Below, in pieces: positions 43,610 to 52,974 of a stretch of 64,000 nt of DNA. Under the pieces are notes generated by a model. That model made no database searches and was not told the DNA's origin. It worked only from the letters and a program-made list of their open reading frames with translations. The stretch is from a virus. Lineage: Duplodnaviria > Caudoviricetes. Made by a program: the position numbers and the translations under genes. Each line of letters opens with the position of its first letter. Within the stretch, counting starts at the first letter, position 1. The stretch spans positions 1 through 64,000 of IMG/VR virus record IMGVR_UViG_3300021255_002539; one strand, given 5' to 3'.

Positions 43610-45460
43610 TCATCCATGCATAAATTCATTGTAATTCAACGGTCTTTGACTATAAGTCATATAATCATTGTGTATTGTGCCTTTGTTTGCAAACATCCAC
43701 TCCACCAATCTCTTGGTGTTGTTTGTATCCACATATGTAAACAACTTGTGCGAAAAATCGAATTTCCCGGTTGATGCATCCAACAACTCCTAAATCTTGG
43801 ACAATGCTTGTTCCTATGTCTTGCAATAGGACATGTGAACATAATCCAAATGTTCAAGATGATAGTGGTTTAACGAGGCATTCAAATCATTGATCCCAGG
43901 TATATATATGACAGATGGTTTGTCCATATATGCCATCTCAAATGAATTGGATGAGAAATCAGTTACAATCACATCACTTTCCACCAATATATCCTGAAAT
44001 GTATCGGTTTTTGGAATCTTCACCCAAGATGGTATCTTGAACCTGGATAGTTTATTGAGTAATTTGGCATGGGGAAGAAACACAATTGACACCCCAGAAT
44101 CATGCAATTGTTTCAACTTCTCACTGGCCAGGAAATTGTTGATGTCATTGAAGTATTTGGATGTTCCACCACCTCTTCGCCAATGAAATGATATAAAAAC
44201 CTGCTTTTTGCGCTCTACAGATGAACGCAAGGTGTTTTTCTCCAATAATGTGTCATGCCTGGGAAATCCAAGAAGAAGGGGTGTCAATTTTCCTTTAGAA
44301 TATCTTGTCAACACCTTGTATTCCCCCCTTGAAGTAGCCAACATATATTTCGCTTCACTTGATATTGTTCCTGAAATATAGAACGAATCGTCATATATCG
44401 TAGATGTGACTCCATGTCCCATGAATATGGTTTTATACCTGTTGCTCATCAAGGTTGTTTTGATGTCTGTGTTTGGAACATCCTTTGAAAACAGAACAAA
44501 AGTGGCGTTTTTTATGATAAACCCAATATGTTTCCCCTCAAATGGATATAGATTAAATCCTTCTGACTTCAGCCTTGTCCAATCCTTGCTTTTGTTGGAT
44601 AAAATGAATGTTGCCTTTATGTTTGGATAATCATGGGAAATGCGTTTATACAAGAACTCTCCGTTGTCTCCGGCCTTGTCGAATGAATCAAATATAACCA
44701 CATTGAACAACGAGTCTTCAAATGACTGTGGCATCACCTAATTGTATCTCAGTTCAATCTTGGGAAATGCATCTTTGTTTGATAAATATTGATGTGTCTT
44801 TCCCATTGGAAATACACTTCCCCTCTACATCATATTCCTTTTGGCATACCCATTGTGTGCGGATATCTTCTTGGATGGCAACACCCAATACCCATTTGAA
44901 ATCATCAACATTGTATATAGAAAATCGTCGTTGTATGTGTGAATAATTTCATCACATAGAATCTTGTCGTAGTTCGCAAGCATCTTTTTCTGGAAGATGG
45001 ACATTGCCGTTACATTGTTATATACAACACCGTTATACAATGGCAAATTCAAATGCCACTTTGGATTGGAACCGCCAGATATTGGAAATCTGAAATCTTC
45101 TTCTGCAAATTCGTTCAACCGAATTTCAATATAGTCGTTTGGTATCACAAAATCATCATCGACATTTAATATAATGTCCTCGTCGTCAATCAATGGCAGA
45201 ACTGGGAACACCTTCTTCATAGTCTTTGTGTTTGGACCTTCCACCCAATTTATCTTGAATGTTGGTTCAATTTTCGACAACTATACCAAATCAGAGGGTA
45301 AATCAACCTCCTTGTTCGGAAACTCAACCACTGCCAAGTTCAAGTATATGATGTCTGGCTTAACTGTGTTGTTCAATATAGACTTTACGACCTAATAGCA
45401 ATTTCCAATCCTCTTTGTCCAAGAGGTCATCGTCACCACAACCTTGTGCCCGTTAAACAT
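43610..45460 (-). CDS. GT-A glycosyltransferase + TagF-like CDP-glycerol/ribitol phosphotransferase fusion, 616 aa with 6 TAG=Gln
   Basis: VVVTMTSWTKRI...NVDDD; then KAGDNGEFLY, FMGHG, GFPRHD, F.PH, QDILVESDVIVTDFSSNSFEMAYMDKP; GGTAAATA at 45496. Confidence 0.85.
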
Positions 45461-45579
45461 GTCCTATAGTTTCCTTTGGTCTACCCAATTGTTGGTATTT
45501 ACCATTTCACATTAAAATTCAAGATTGACCAATTTCTAGATCAACCTTGGATTCTTCCAACAAAACTTGGCTTATGCCA

Positions 45580-46287
45580 TCACTTCACTGGCTTCTGCTT
45601 GACATATATCTTGCAGATGCAGGGTTCGCCAATCTTCTTGTTCTTGATGTAGTCATCGCAATGGCACTTGGTTCCCTCTCCAGCTGGTTGGCAAGGACAA
45701 TGACCATCGTTCTTGTCGATTGCGTCCAGAATCTTGTTGACCTGCTTGGTGGTCAAGGATTCGTTCAACCGAGTGACATATGCATCCTCTGGTTCAGGTG
45801 TTGGCTCTGGGGTTGGCTCTGGATCAACAGCTGGCTTCTTGGCGAACACAGTATCTATTGTGGTAATCATGTTCTTCGCCCCAGCGGCACCAGTCTTCTT
45901 GTCTCTGAGGTCGTTTCCTGTGATTGCCTTGTCAACCACAATCTTGCCCTTTGCGTCGTAGAGGGTGATTCTGAACCCAGGATACTGCTTGAGACCACCC
46001 TTCTTGAAGATCCAGTCATGGAGTGCCACCCCCTTGTCCTTGTCTCCACTGTACTGGAACACAAAGTAGACGTCCTGCTTCGCCATCCAGTTCTTGAATG
46101 TGGCAGTCATCATGCACTTCTCTGCCTGAACGCAATAGCTGCATGCATCGCCATTCGACCATACCGTGACGATGAACTTGCCTTCCTGCTTGGCCTTCTC
46201 AAGTGCCTTGTCGTAGTTCTTGTTCCACTCGCCGACCTTTGGTGTCTTTGTTGAGCGGAGTTTCACGAAATCTGACGTTGTTCCCAT
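45580..46287 (-). CDS. Thioredoxin-fold + ferredoxin:thioredoxin reductase catalytic-subunit fusion
   Basis: W..NYDKAL.KAK.EGK...WSNGDACSYC; (PEPT)n linker; GHCPC...KCHC...PCICKIY; AAGGAG SD. Confidence 0.75.
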   Translation of the reverse strand: MGTTSDFVKLRSTKTPKVGEWNKNYDKALEKAKQEGKFIVTVWSNGDACSYCVQAEKCMMTATFKNWMAKQDVYFVFQYSGDKDKGVALHDWIFKKGGLKQYPGFRITLYDAKGKIVVDKAITGNDLRDKKTGAAGAKNMITTIDTVFAKKPAVDPEPTPEPTPEPEDAYVTRLNESLTTKQVNKILDAIDKNDGHCPCQPAGEGTKCHCDDYIKNKKIGEPCICKIYVKQKPVK

Positions 46288-46318
46288 TGTTTTCTCTCCT
46301 TGTATGTATATGTGTATA

Positions 46319-46642
46319 TCAAGCTTCGTCGGGGCAACTATCGCAACCAGCTGCTTCGTCAGCAACCTCGTCTGGATCAGAATATGCCCTGAACTTCACG
46401 CCGTTTAGGCTTTCCTTGGAGTCCTCCAGAACCTTGCTGACGAAATCAATGTGGTCTTTGGCTGTGCGGACCAAAGCATTCTTAGAAGTACTCGTCAGTC
46501 CGATTGAGTAGAGGACATCCTTGAGCATGTCCTTGGTGTCCTTGACTATGTACGCCAAATGACTGATATCGTATAACGCATAACTGCGCTCGGGCGCTGG
46601 AAGTGGATTTGCGTCTTTGTCTTTGTTGTCTTTTTCTTCCAT
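46319..46642 (-). CDS. Hypothetical protein
   Basis: Co-oriented ORF with TATAAT upstream. Confidence 0.55.
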   Translation of the reverse strand: MEEKDNKDKDANPLPAPERSYALYDISHLAYIVKDTKDMLKDVLYSIGLTSTSKNALVRTAKDHIDFVSKVLEDSKESLNGVKFRAYSDPDEVADEAAGCDSCPDEA

Positions 46643-46689
46643 TGTGGTATTTGTTGTCTTTTCCATATACCACAATTATACGACAGCAG

Positions 46690-46890
46690 TCATGTCAAGA
46701 CAATGGAATTCACGTCACGATTCCACTTTTTCGCATACTCGAACTGGCCACCACCAAACCCATTGCTGAATGTACCTATGCTGACATCCTCCACCTCGCC
46801 GAAGTCCTCGTAGTCCCTACTGTTGTTGATTACCACCTTGAGGTCATCTGGGTATGAATCCAATATCGCCTTTAGTTCGCGTACAGTCAT
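46690..46890 (-). CDS. Small phage protein (MTVRELK..L..YP.D..V type)
   Basis: Recognisable N-terminal pattern; AAGGA SD. Confidence 0.6.
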   Translation of the reverse strand: MTVRELKAILDSYPDDLKVVINNSRDYEDFGEVEDVSIGTFSNGFGGGQFEYAKKWNRDVNSIVLT

Positions 46891-46925
46891 CACTTGATCC
46901 TTCCGAGTTGTTGTATCTCTCTCCA

Positions 46926-47381
46926 TCACATGTCCATAGGCGGAATGCTATTGGCGACTTCCTCCGGGATGGCAATCGTCCCCACGGAAGTCACATGCGT
47001 TGGAAGGGAAATCTTGACCATCTTGCCTTTGTGACCACTCTTCCTACAGAACTTCGAATGCTTAAGGTTGTACAGAACATTGTCAATCGCGTCTATTGAC
47101 TCACCGTCCACAAGGTACTCGAAATCCCAGAGTCTGAACAGAATAGATGTATCCCAATCTGGGATTGACCTTGTTTCTGTCCGTATTGAACCATCGCTTT
47201 CGACAATCTTCACAGGAATTGTCTCGTAAAGCTCATGGTTGCCATCTGCTTTCTCTGCCAGTTTCAACCCTCTTTTGGCAAGTGTCTTGAGCCTCTTCAA
47301 CAAGGGCTTCATCTGGGCGTAGATGTCGTTTCCCTCCTTCTGAAGGGCATCGTACTTTTCCTTGAATTGCTCAACTGTCAT
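46926..47381 (-). CDS. Hypothetical protein
   Basis: GAGGAG SD. Confidence 0.6.
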   Translation of the reverse strand: MTVEQFKEKYDALQKEGNDIYAQMKPLLKRLKTLAKRGLKLAEKADGNHELYETIPVKIVESDGSIRTETRSIPDWDTSILFRLWDFEYLVDGESIDAIDNVLYNLKHSKFCRKSGHKGKMVKISLPTHVTSVGTIAIPEEVANSIPPMDM

Positions 47382-47401
47382 ATTTGTTTTCTCCTCTTTG
47401 A

Positions 47402-47605
47402 TCAATCGTCTCGACAGAGCACATCGTATACATTCTGCATCTGGGGACTGTTGAACTGGCCATCGAATGTGCCGAAGTAGTATCTCATTCTGTCCTTGGC
47501 TTCCTGGATTGTCGCCTTGAGCTTGTTGATTTCGTCAAGCAACCTTTTGTGTTCGCAAATCTCATTTCCCCGACAATCGCAATCTCTGCATTCACATTCC
47601 ATCAC
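47402..47605 (-). CDS. Small Cys-rich hypothetical protein
   Basis: CECRDCDC...C; overlaps neighbours by 4 nt. Confidence 0.55.
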   Translation of the reverse strand: MMECECRDCDCRGNEICEHKRLLDEINKLKATIQEAKDRMRYYFGTFDGQFNSPQMQNVYDVLCRDD

Positions 47606-47946
47606 TTCAGTCCCTTCAATTCCTCGTGGATTCTGTTCCTCAAATTCTCGTCGGGTATCTCCTTCAACATCATGGCAATCCTGGCTGCAGCGGACAGATG
47701 TTGGGTAAGCCTATTGGAATAGTCCTTCAGCTTCTCGCTCAACGCCATTCTCACTTCGTCGGCAGATGTGACCAAATCAACAGATGGGTATATGATGAAC
47801 TGACCCATCGTCCAATCAAATCCCACATCCAGCCTTTCAACTGGGACGGTGGTGTTGCAGGACAATTGCCACTTGTCGTGCTTCCTGACCACAAGTTCGC
47901 AATCCTCGTGCCCCTTCGCCCTCTCTATGAACTCGCCTACTGTCAT
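47602..47946 (-). CDS. Hypothetical protein
   Basis: GGGAG SD; ATGA overlap. Confidence 0.55.
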   Translation of the reverse strand: MTVGEFIERAKGHEDCELVVRKHDKWQLSCNTTVPVERLDVGFDWTMGQFIIYPSVDLVTSADEVRMALSEKLKDYSNRLTQHLSAAARIAMMLKEIPDENLRNRIHEELKGLK

Positions 47947-48149
47947 GACAACTCCCTTCCATCGAATGTGACATACTTCATCTGAGTCCATCTCTGCGCA
48001 TATTTCTTGTCACACTCGACAAAGTGCTTGTTCATGTACTTCTCCACATCGTCGTATGTGTAGCCCAGAAACCCAATGTTGAGTCCCAGGCTTCTGTCTT
48101 CGTTCATGAGAAGCACTTGGCAATACGGAACTCCCTTGTATGTCTCCAC
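47943..48149 (-). CDS. Small hypothetical protein
   Basis: GAGGGGG SD before GTG. Confidence 0.45.
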   Translation of the reverse strand: METYKGVPYCQVLLMNEDRSLGLNIGFLGYTYDDVEKYMNKHFVECDKKYAQRWTQMKYVTFDGRELS

Positions 48150-48160
48150 AATAGACCCCC

Positions 48161-48451
48161 TCAAATCCGGTTGAACGCCCGAATCACAATCCTCTGCTTG
48201 TACTTGTCCAGCCATTCCTTGCCCTGTTCTGGGATATCGTTGTAGATGTTCTCCGCAAGCACATCAATCAAGGTGTCAGGGTCGAAATTGCCCTTGAGGG
48301 TCAGGATTCTACTGCCCTCGATGCTGCAATCTGGCAAGTCGGCACCGAAATTCACGAACCAATTGCCGGTGAGGTTGATGCTGTTGCTGGTCTGATGTTC
48401 TGAGCCAGCAAGGTAGATTCCATTCGGTTTGCTGTTTTCTGTTTCTTCCAT
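48161..48451 (-). CDS. Hypothetical protein
   Basis: AAAGGAG SD. Confidence 0.6.
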   Translation of the reverse strand: MEETENSKPNGIYLAGSEHQTSNSINLTGNWFVNFGADLPDCSIEGSRILTLKGNFDPDTLIDVLAENIYNDIPEQGKEWLDKYKQRIVIRAFNRI

Positions 48452-48468
48452 GTTGTATGTCTCCTTTG

Positions 48469-48711
48469 TCACATGTATTGTTCCAAGAGACGCTTGACCT
48501 TCGCCATCATTTCCCTGCCCTTGGTCTCCGCTTGCCACCGTTCCTTGCATTTGCCACGAATTACAAACGACATGTCCTTGAATATCAGTCCCGAGGTGAA
48601 GATGTCAATGGACAGATTGTTAAAACTGCAGAATGCCCGAAGATTGGATTCGATTGAACCCATGATCCAAAAGGGCGCGGAAACCATGTTTGTTATCTTG
48701 TATGTGTACAT
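48469..48711 (-). CDS. Hypothetical protein
   Basis: GAGGA SD; TTTACT-17-TATAAT at 48729-57. Confidence 0.6.
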   Translation of the reverse strand: MYTYKITNMVSAPFWIMGSIESNLRAFCSFNNLSIDIFTSGLIFKDMSFVIRGKCKERWQAETKGREMMAKVKRLLEQYM

Positions 48712-48749
48712 TGGCGTGTCTCCTCTATATTATACCACTTTGATTTGTG

Positions 48750-49040
48750 TCAGTAAACCCCATCCAATATCATCTCGAATGCAGTCTTGGGGTAGTGGAA
48801 CCAGAACTTCTCGAAGTCGTCATCCTCAAGCATAACGGCAACCATGTCAGACTTCGGTCGAATCCTCAGCTTGCTCCCATCGCACCAACCAATGCAGCGC
48901 TTCTTGATTTCCCTCGCCATCACCTTGTTGTCTATACTGCTTCGGAAGTCAAGGTCAAGCCGACCACCATAGTCGTACTCGTACCTCTCCCAGGTAAAGT
49001 CGATTGGAGACAACTCCTCTATGTCAAGTTTCTTTTCCAT
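48750..49040 (-). CDS. Hypothetical protein
   Basis: AGGAGGT SD. Confidence 0.65.
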   Translation of the reverse strand: MEKKLDIEELSPIDFTWERYEYDYGGRLDLDFRSSIDNKVMAREIKKRCIGWCDGSKLRIRPKSDMVAVMLEDDDFEKFWFHYPKTAFEMILDGVY

Positions 49041-49041
49041 T

Positions 49042-49263
49042 TCACCTCCTGAGGCGGTCGTATTCAATTGCGTACTGCATGTACTTGTTGATTGCGTTGT
49101 CAAGCTCTTCCCACCACTTGTCTTCAAGCTCAGGCTCTGTCTCATTCCTGATCTTGATAACTGCCCTATCAATGTCATTCTTAAGCTTGCCACCAGGAGC
49201 AAGCAGTTCCTCAAGTTCCTCTTCCCGAGTCTTGAATCCATCTACTATTGTTTCCATGCCCAT
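49042..49263 (-). CDS. Hypothetical protein
   Basis: After TTGACT-17-TGCTATAAT promoter at 49304-32. Confidence 0.6.
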   Translation of the reverse strand: MGMETIVDGFKTREEELEELLAPGGKLKNDIDRAVIKIRNETEPELEDKWWEELDNAINKYMQYAIEYDRLRR

Positions 49264-49409
49264 GTCGGTTCCCCTTTGGTTGGTTTCCCCCCACAACACC
49301 TATATTATAGCATATCCTGCGTCAGAAGTCAATACTCCCCTTTAGACAAAGAATTGACCCGGAACCATATGATTCCGAGCCGCATTATCCCCATGATTAA
49401 TGGGCAATA

Positions 49410-50552
49410 TCAATCAATTGGTGTTGTTTTCTCGCAACTCCAATCTGTTGTGTCGCAAGCATCCCCAAATGCAGGATGTGGCTCAAATTCGCTCTCTGTA
49501 CCCTCGATGGGCGAAATCAACGCTATGCCTTGCGAGGCCAACCGGTCAATGAAATCGTCCACCAACTTGATGTCCTCGTCTGTGAGATTGTCAGGTACAT
49601 CTCCATACATTATGTAGGTAGTTGCCCAATTGGGGATCTTTTCGACAACATCATCTTCGCCCTGTCCTGGGTTTCCACCCCTCTGCTCCCAGAACTCGTC
49701 CTCGTTCACAATCACGAAGTCATCTGTTCCAAAGTCCAGGTCAGGATACTCCTTGCCAATCATCCTGCACACTTCGTCCACCAACCGATCATGGGTATCT
49801 GCCCTGTCATAATCGATGAGATATGTAGAACCATCGCCCTTGAAGATGCCAAAGTCCTCGTATTCGTCAGTATCCCACATTATCTCGACCTCGCCCTCAG
49901 AATCTGACAAATCGCGTGGATTGTCATCCATACTCTCGTCGTATACCATATCATCCAGGTCTGCCCTGTACTGCTCTATGGCAGCTTGGTCATAGTCCTT
50001 GTTCCCAATTCTGATGTGGTCAATCTCGGGCAAATCCCCCTCTGGCTCACTGTCCTGCATTCCATCCAGGACATATAGTGCCTCAATGAGACTGTGAACT
50101 TGGCTTATTACATGGGGCTGGATGCGACTATCCTTCCAATAGACAATTGCAGAATCAATCTGGTTGCCCTCAGTGAAGTTGCCCCTGATAGGTCTGCATG
50201 TCTGGGTCTTGTATACCTCGTCGTCCTCGCCCTTGGTTTGAAGTCCATTCCACTTCACTGCGAATTCCTTGAACTCGTCACCATGTGCGTCCAAAAACAC
50301 CTCGTTGATGAGGTCTGGGTTTTTCAAGACTTCCCATATATCCAAATCATTCTCATGCAACAGTTTGTCGGTTGCATATCTGGCAAGTTTGGGTTCATAA
50401 TAGTAGATTTCTCCATTGGCATCGTCAACAATGCACTCCATATGGAAAACTTCGTCACTGCCAGGGAACTTGATTTCAGTTCTATCACAGCTAACTACAA
50501 CATCCCCTATGTAGTCGGGACCTAATGTGGATTCTGAAACTACGACTTTCAT
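49410..50552 (-). CDS. Acidic multidomain late protein, possible internal head protein
   Basis: TGTAAATA at 50585-92; N-terminal VVSES; C-terminal IP.WA..Y..GD..L.DED...F..HPAFG module. Confidence 0.6.
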   Translation of the reverse strand: MKVVVSESTLGPDYIGDVVVSCDRTEIKFPGSDEVFHMECIVDDANGEIYYYEPKLARYATDKLLHENDLDIWEVLKNPDLINEVFLDAHGDEFKEFAVKWNGLQTKGEDDEVYKTQTCRPIRGNFTEGNQIDSAIVYWKDSRIQPHVISQVHSLIEALYVLDGMQDSEPEGDLPEIDHIRIGNKDYDQAAIEQYRADLDDMVYDESMDDNPRDLSDSEGEVEIMWDTDEYEDFGIFKGDGSTYLIDYDRADTHDRLVDEVCRMIGKEYPDLDFGTDDFVIVNEDEFWEQRGGNPGQGEDDVVEKIPNWATTYIMYGDVPDNLTDEDIKLVDDFIDRLASQGIALISPIEGTESEFEPHPAFGDACDTTDWSCEKTTPID

Positions 50553-50600
50553 GTTAACACACCTATATTGGATTTCAATATAGGTATTTACAATCTAAAG

Positions 50601-51426
50601 TCAGAAATTCGGAATATCCACATTCATCTGAGCCAATGCCTCCTGCCGCTTCCTCCAATCCACTAGAATCTTGTCCTTGAAGGGAAGGAACTTGTTGTCG
50701 ATTTCGTGGAACTTGCAGCCAGTCTCTGCGTGGAAGTGGCAAATGAACTTGCGGAACTTGGCGTCTGGCTCCACATACCCACCTTCCTTGAGGATATGCT
50801 CGTACATCGTGAGCTGAAGTCCATACAGGTTCAACTCGCAATCTTCAAGGTCGTCAATTGGGGACAGGAAGGTGTCGCCCCACTCGTTGTCAGTGCGAAT
50901 CTTCTTGTTGGTCTTCCAATCGACCAGGATGTACTCGTTGGGGTGGTCTTTGCTTCGTCCAATGAGGTCAATCGTGCCAGCGACATTGATGACAGGGTCG
51001 AACACAATCTTCTCAGACTCGTAGTCGTAGGGGCGTTCCTTGAGCTTGTTGCAGACAGTGGAGATCTGCTTGAACACGACCTGTTGTTCTGGGGAGAAAG
51101 TCGAATCGTCCACGAACTCGCCATTGAAGATGCGCTCTGCGACACTGTGCATCTTCGTTCCATGCTTGCAGGCGGTCTTGTTGATCTTCGCCCACCTGTC
51201 CTTGATTTCCTGCTGAGTGACGCCCTCCTTCTTGGCACAGAGCGCAGACATGCCCTCCAAGTCAAAGGGCTTCTGGTACTTGTGGATGAGGGTGGTCACG
51301 CTGATTGGCTTGTACTTGAGCTGTTGATCCTTGTCGAACACCCTGTACACATGTCCCTTGTTCTCGAAGCAAACCTCCAGTCCATTATGCTTCACGATTG
51401 ACTTCTTTTCGCTGCTTACTGCCATA
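50601..51426 (-). CDS. Cas4-like / PD-(D/E)XK exonuclease
   Basis: H.Y, SVTTLI, GT.MH..AE, E..V, AGTIDL, VDWKTNK, Y.LQL..Y. Confidence 0.85.
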
Positions 51427-51485
51427 TACGACAACCTTCTTTCTTGATTTGGTTTGATACATCATATTATACATGTTTGTGGTTG

Positions 51486-52973
51486 TCATGTAAACACACC
51501 AATCCCCTTGAGGAATTCAAGTGCTGCATTCTTGCCCTCGATTTCCTTCCTTTGGGTCTCGTCCAATTCTGCAAGTCGTTCCTTGTGGTATTCGATGCCA
51601 TTCTGCCTATTCCCAATTAGCCTGTCGTGGCAGCCAAGTTCGTTCAGGAAATTGACGACATCTTCCATCAACTTGAAGACTGAGCAGGAGGTCTTGAAGT
51701 CCCGTATTCTATCCTTGAAGATATACGCAGTGGCAAGGTGATCCCCAATTCCACCACACCACTCGGATCCAATGAACCCCCTTAAGCCAGATAGCCATGT
51801 GAATTCCTCCCCAGGTGGAGTATGTGTCGATATCCTCTCGGTGTCGTAATCCCCCTTGAAATACAACCTGCCACCAATCTCCACCAACTTGAATTCCAGC
51901 AGCCTGCCGTCCTTGATGTATCTATGGGCATTGGACATGAAGCCACGCAGCCACTTTGGGTCAAGCGGCTGGGCAAACCCCTGGTCAGTATACTCGCATA
52001 CCTCGAACATGAATATGCCCTTCCTGGACTTGTACACATTGATGACGAACCTGGTGGAGCAACCCTTGATTTCCCATCCAAGCGACGAGGTGAAGAAGCT
52101 GCTGGACGAAAACCCCCTCAACTTGGGTCTGGACACTTCATATGCCCTGGAAAAGTGTTCGTTTGACTCTTGCTTCTCTGCATCCAACTCAATCCCATAT
52201 TGCTCAGAAAGCTTGTTCATGGCGTCTGCTGCCTTTTGGGAGGTCTCAGCGAACTGGTTCTCGAGATCCTGAATCATCGCAATGTCGGTTTCAATTCCCT
52301 TTTTGTACTGTTGCCTTTGATTATCGTAGTAGTTGGAATCCTCGTGCAGAACCACAGAGTGGTATTCGTCCAGTTTCTCCAACGCCTGGGTGGTGGTGTC
52401 GAGGTCAGGCAACTGCTTCGGGTACATGGACATCAACCCCAGTTCCCTGGCGAAATTGTACATGATGGCGTGGATTGGCGAAAAGCACGACATCGAGATC
52501 GCATCCATTCCACCGAAATAGTTATCGACATGCACATTCAGAACTGGCAGACCATCGTACATTCCAATGTCCATGGACAACACCTTGGCGTTGTTGCAAC
52601 ACTTGTTGTTCGGCCGAACAACAACATTGTTGTTATCCACCAACATCTTCTGAAGAACTTCCGCAAGTATGAACTGTTGATCCAGTTTCTCTGGAGCATT
52701 GTCGTAGAAGGGGGTTTCATGTTCGTGATAACACTCGTACACCCCATACTTGATAACGAACTTGTAGACGACATCGTGTTGGTTGTTCTTGCACTCGTCG
52801 TATGTTGGCGAATACGACGCCACCAAGTACAGTATCTCCTTTGTGACATGCTTGCCATCCACCAGAAGATAGGGGAACAGTACTGACCTTTCGGTTATCC
52901 AACAACGCCTCGTGTATCCAGGTATTGTTGGCACACCTGGCATCTTGTCCTTCGCAATCACATTCCAGCGCAT
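51486..52973 (-). CDS. Paralog family B member (two tandem units)
   Basis: TIPGYTRR, LMSMYPKQL, ADAMNKLSEQYGIE; second unit ends in a coiled coil. Confidence 0.65.
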   Translation of the reverse strand: MRWNVIAKDKMPGVPTIPGYTRRCWITERSVLFPYLLVDGKHVTKEILYLVASYSPTYDECKNNQHDVVYKFVIKYGVYECYHEHETPFYDNAPEKLDQQFILAEVLQKMLVDNNNVVVRPNNKCCNNAKVLSMDIGMYDGLPVLNVHVDNYFGGMDAISMSCFSPIHAIMYNFARELGLMSMYPKQLPDLDTTTQALEKLDEYHSVVLHEDSNYYDNQRQQYKKGIETDIAMIQDLENQFAETSQKAADAMNKLSEQYGIELDAEKQESNEHFSRAYEVSRPKLRGFSSSSFFTSSLGWEIKGCSTRFVINVYKSRKGIFMFEVCEYTDQGFAQPLDPKWLRGFMSNAHRYIKDGRLLEFKLVEIGGRLYFKGDYDTERISTHTPPGEEFTWLSGLRGFIGSEWCGGIGDHLATAYIFKDRIRDFKTSCSVFKLMEDVVNFLNELGCHDRLIGNRQNGIEYHKERLAELDETQRKEIEGKNAALEFLKGIGVFT

Positions 52974-52974
52974 G

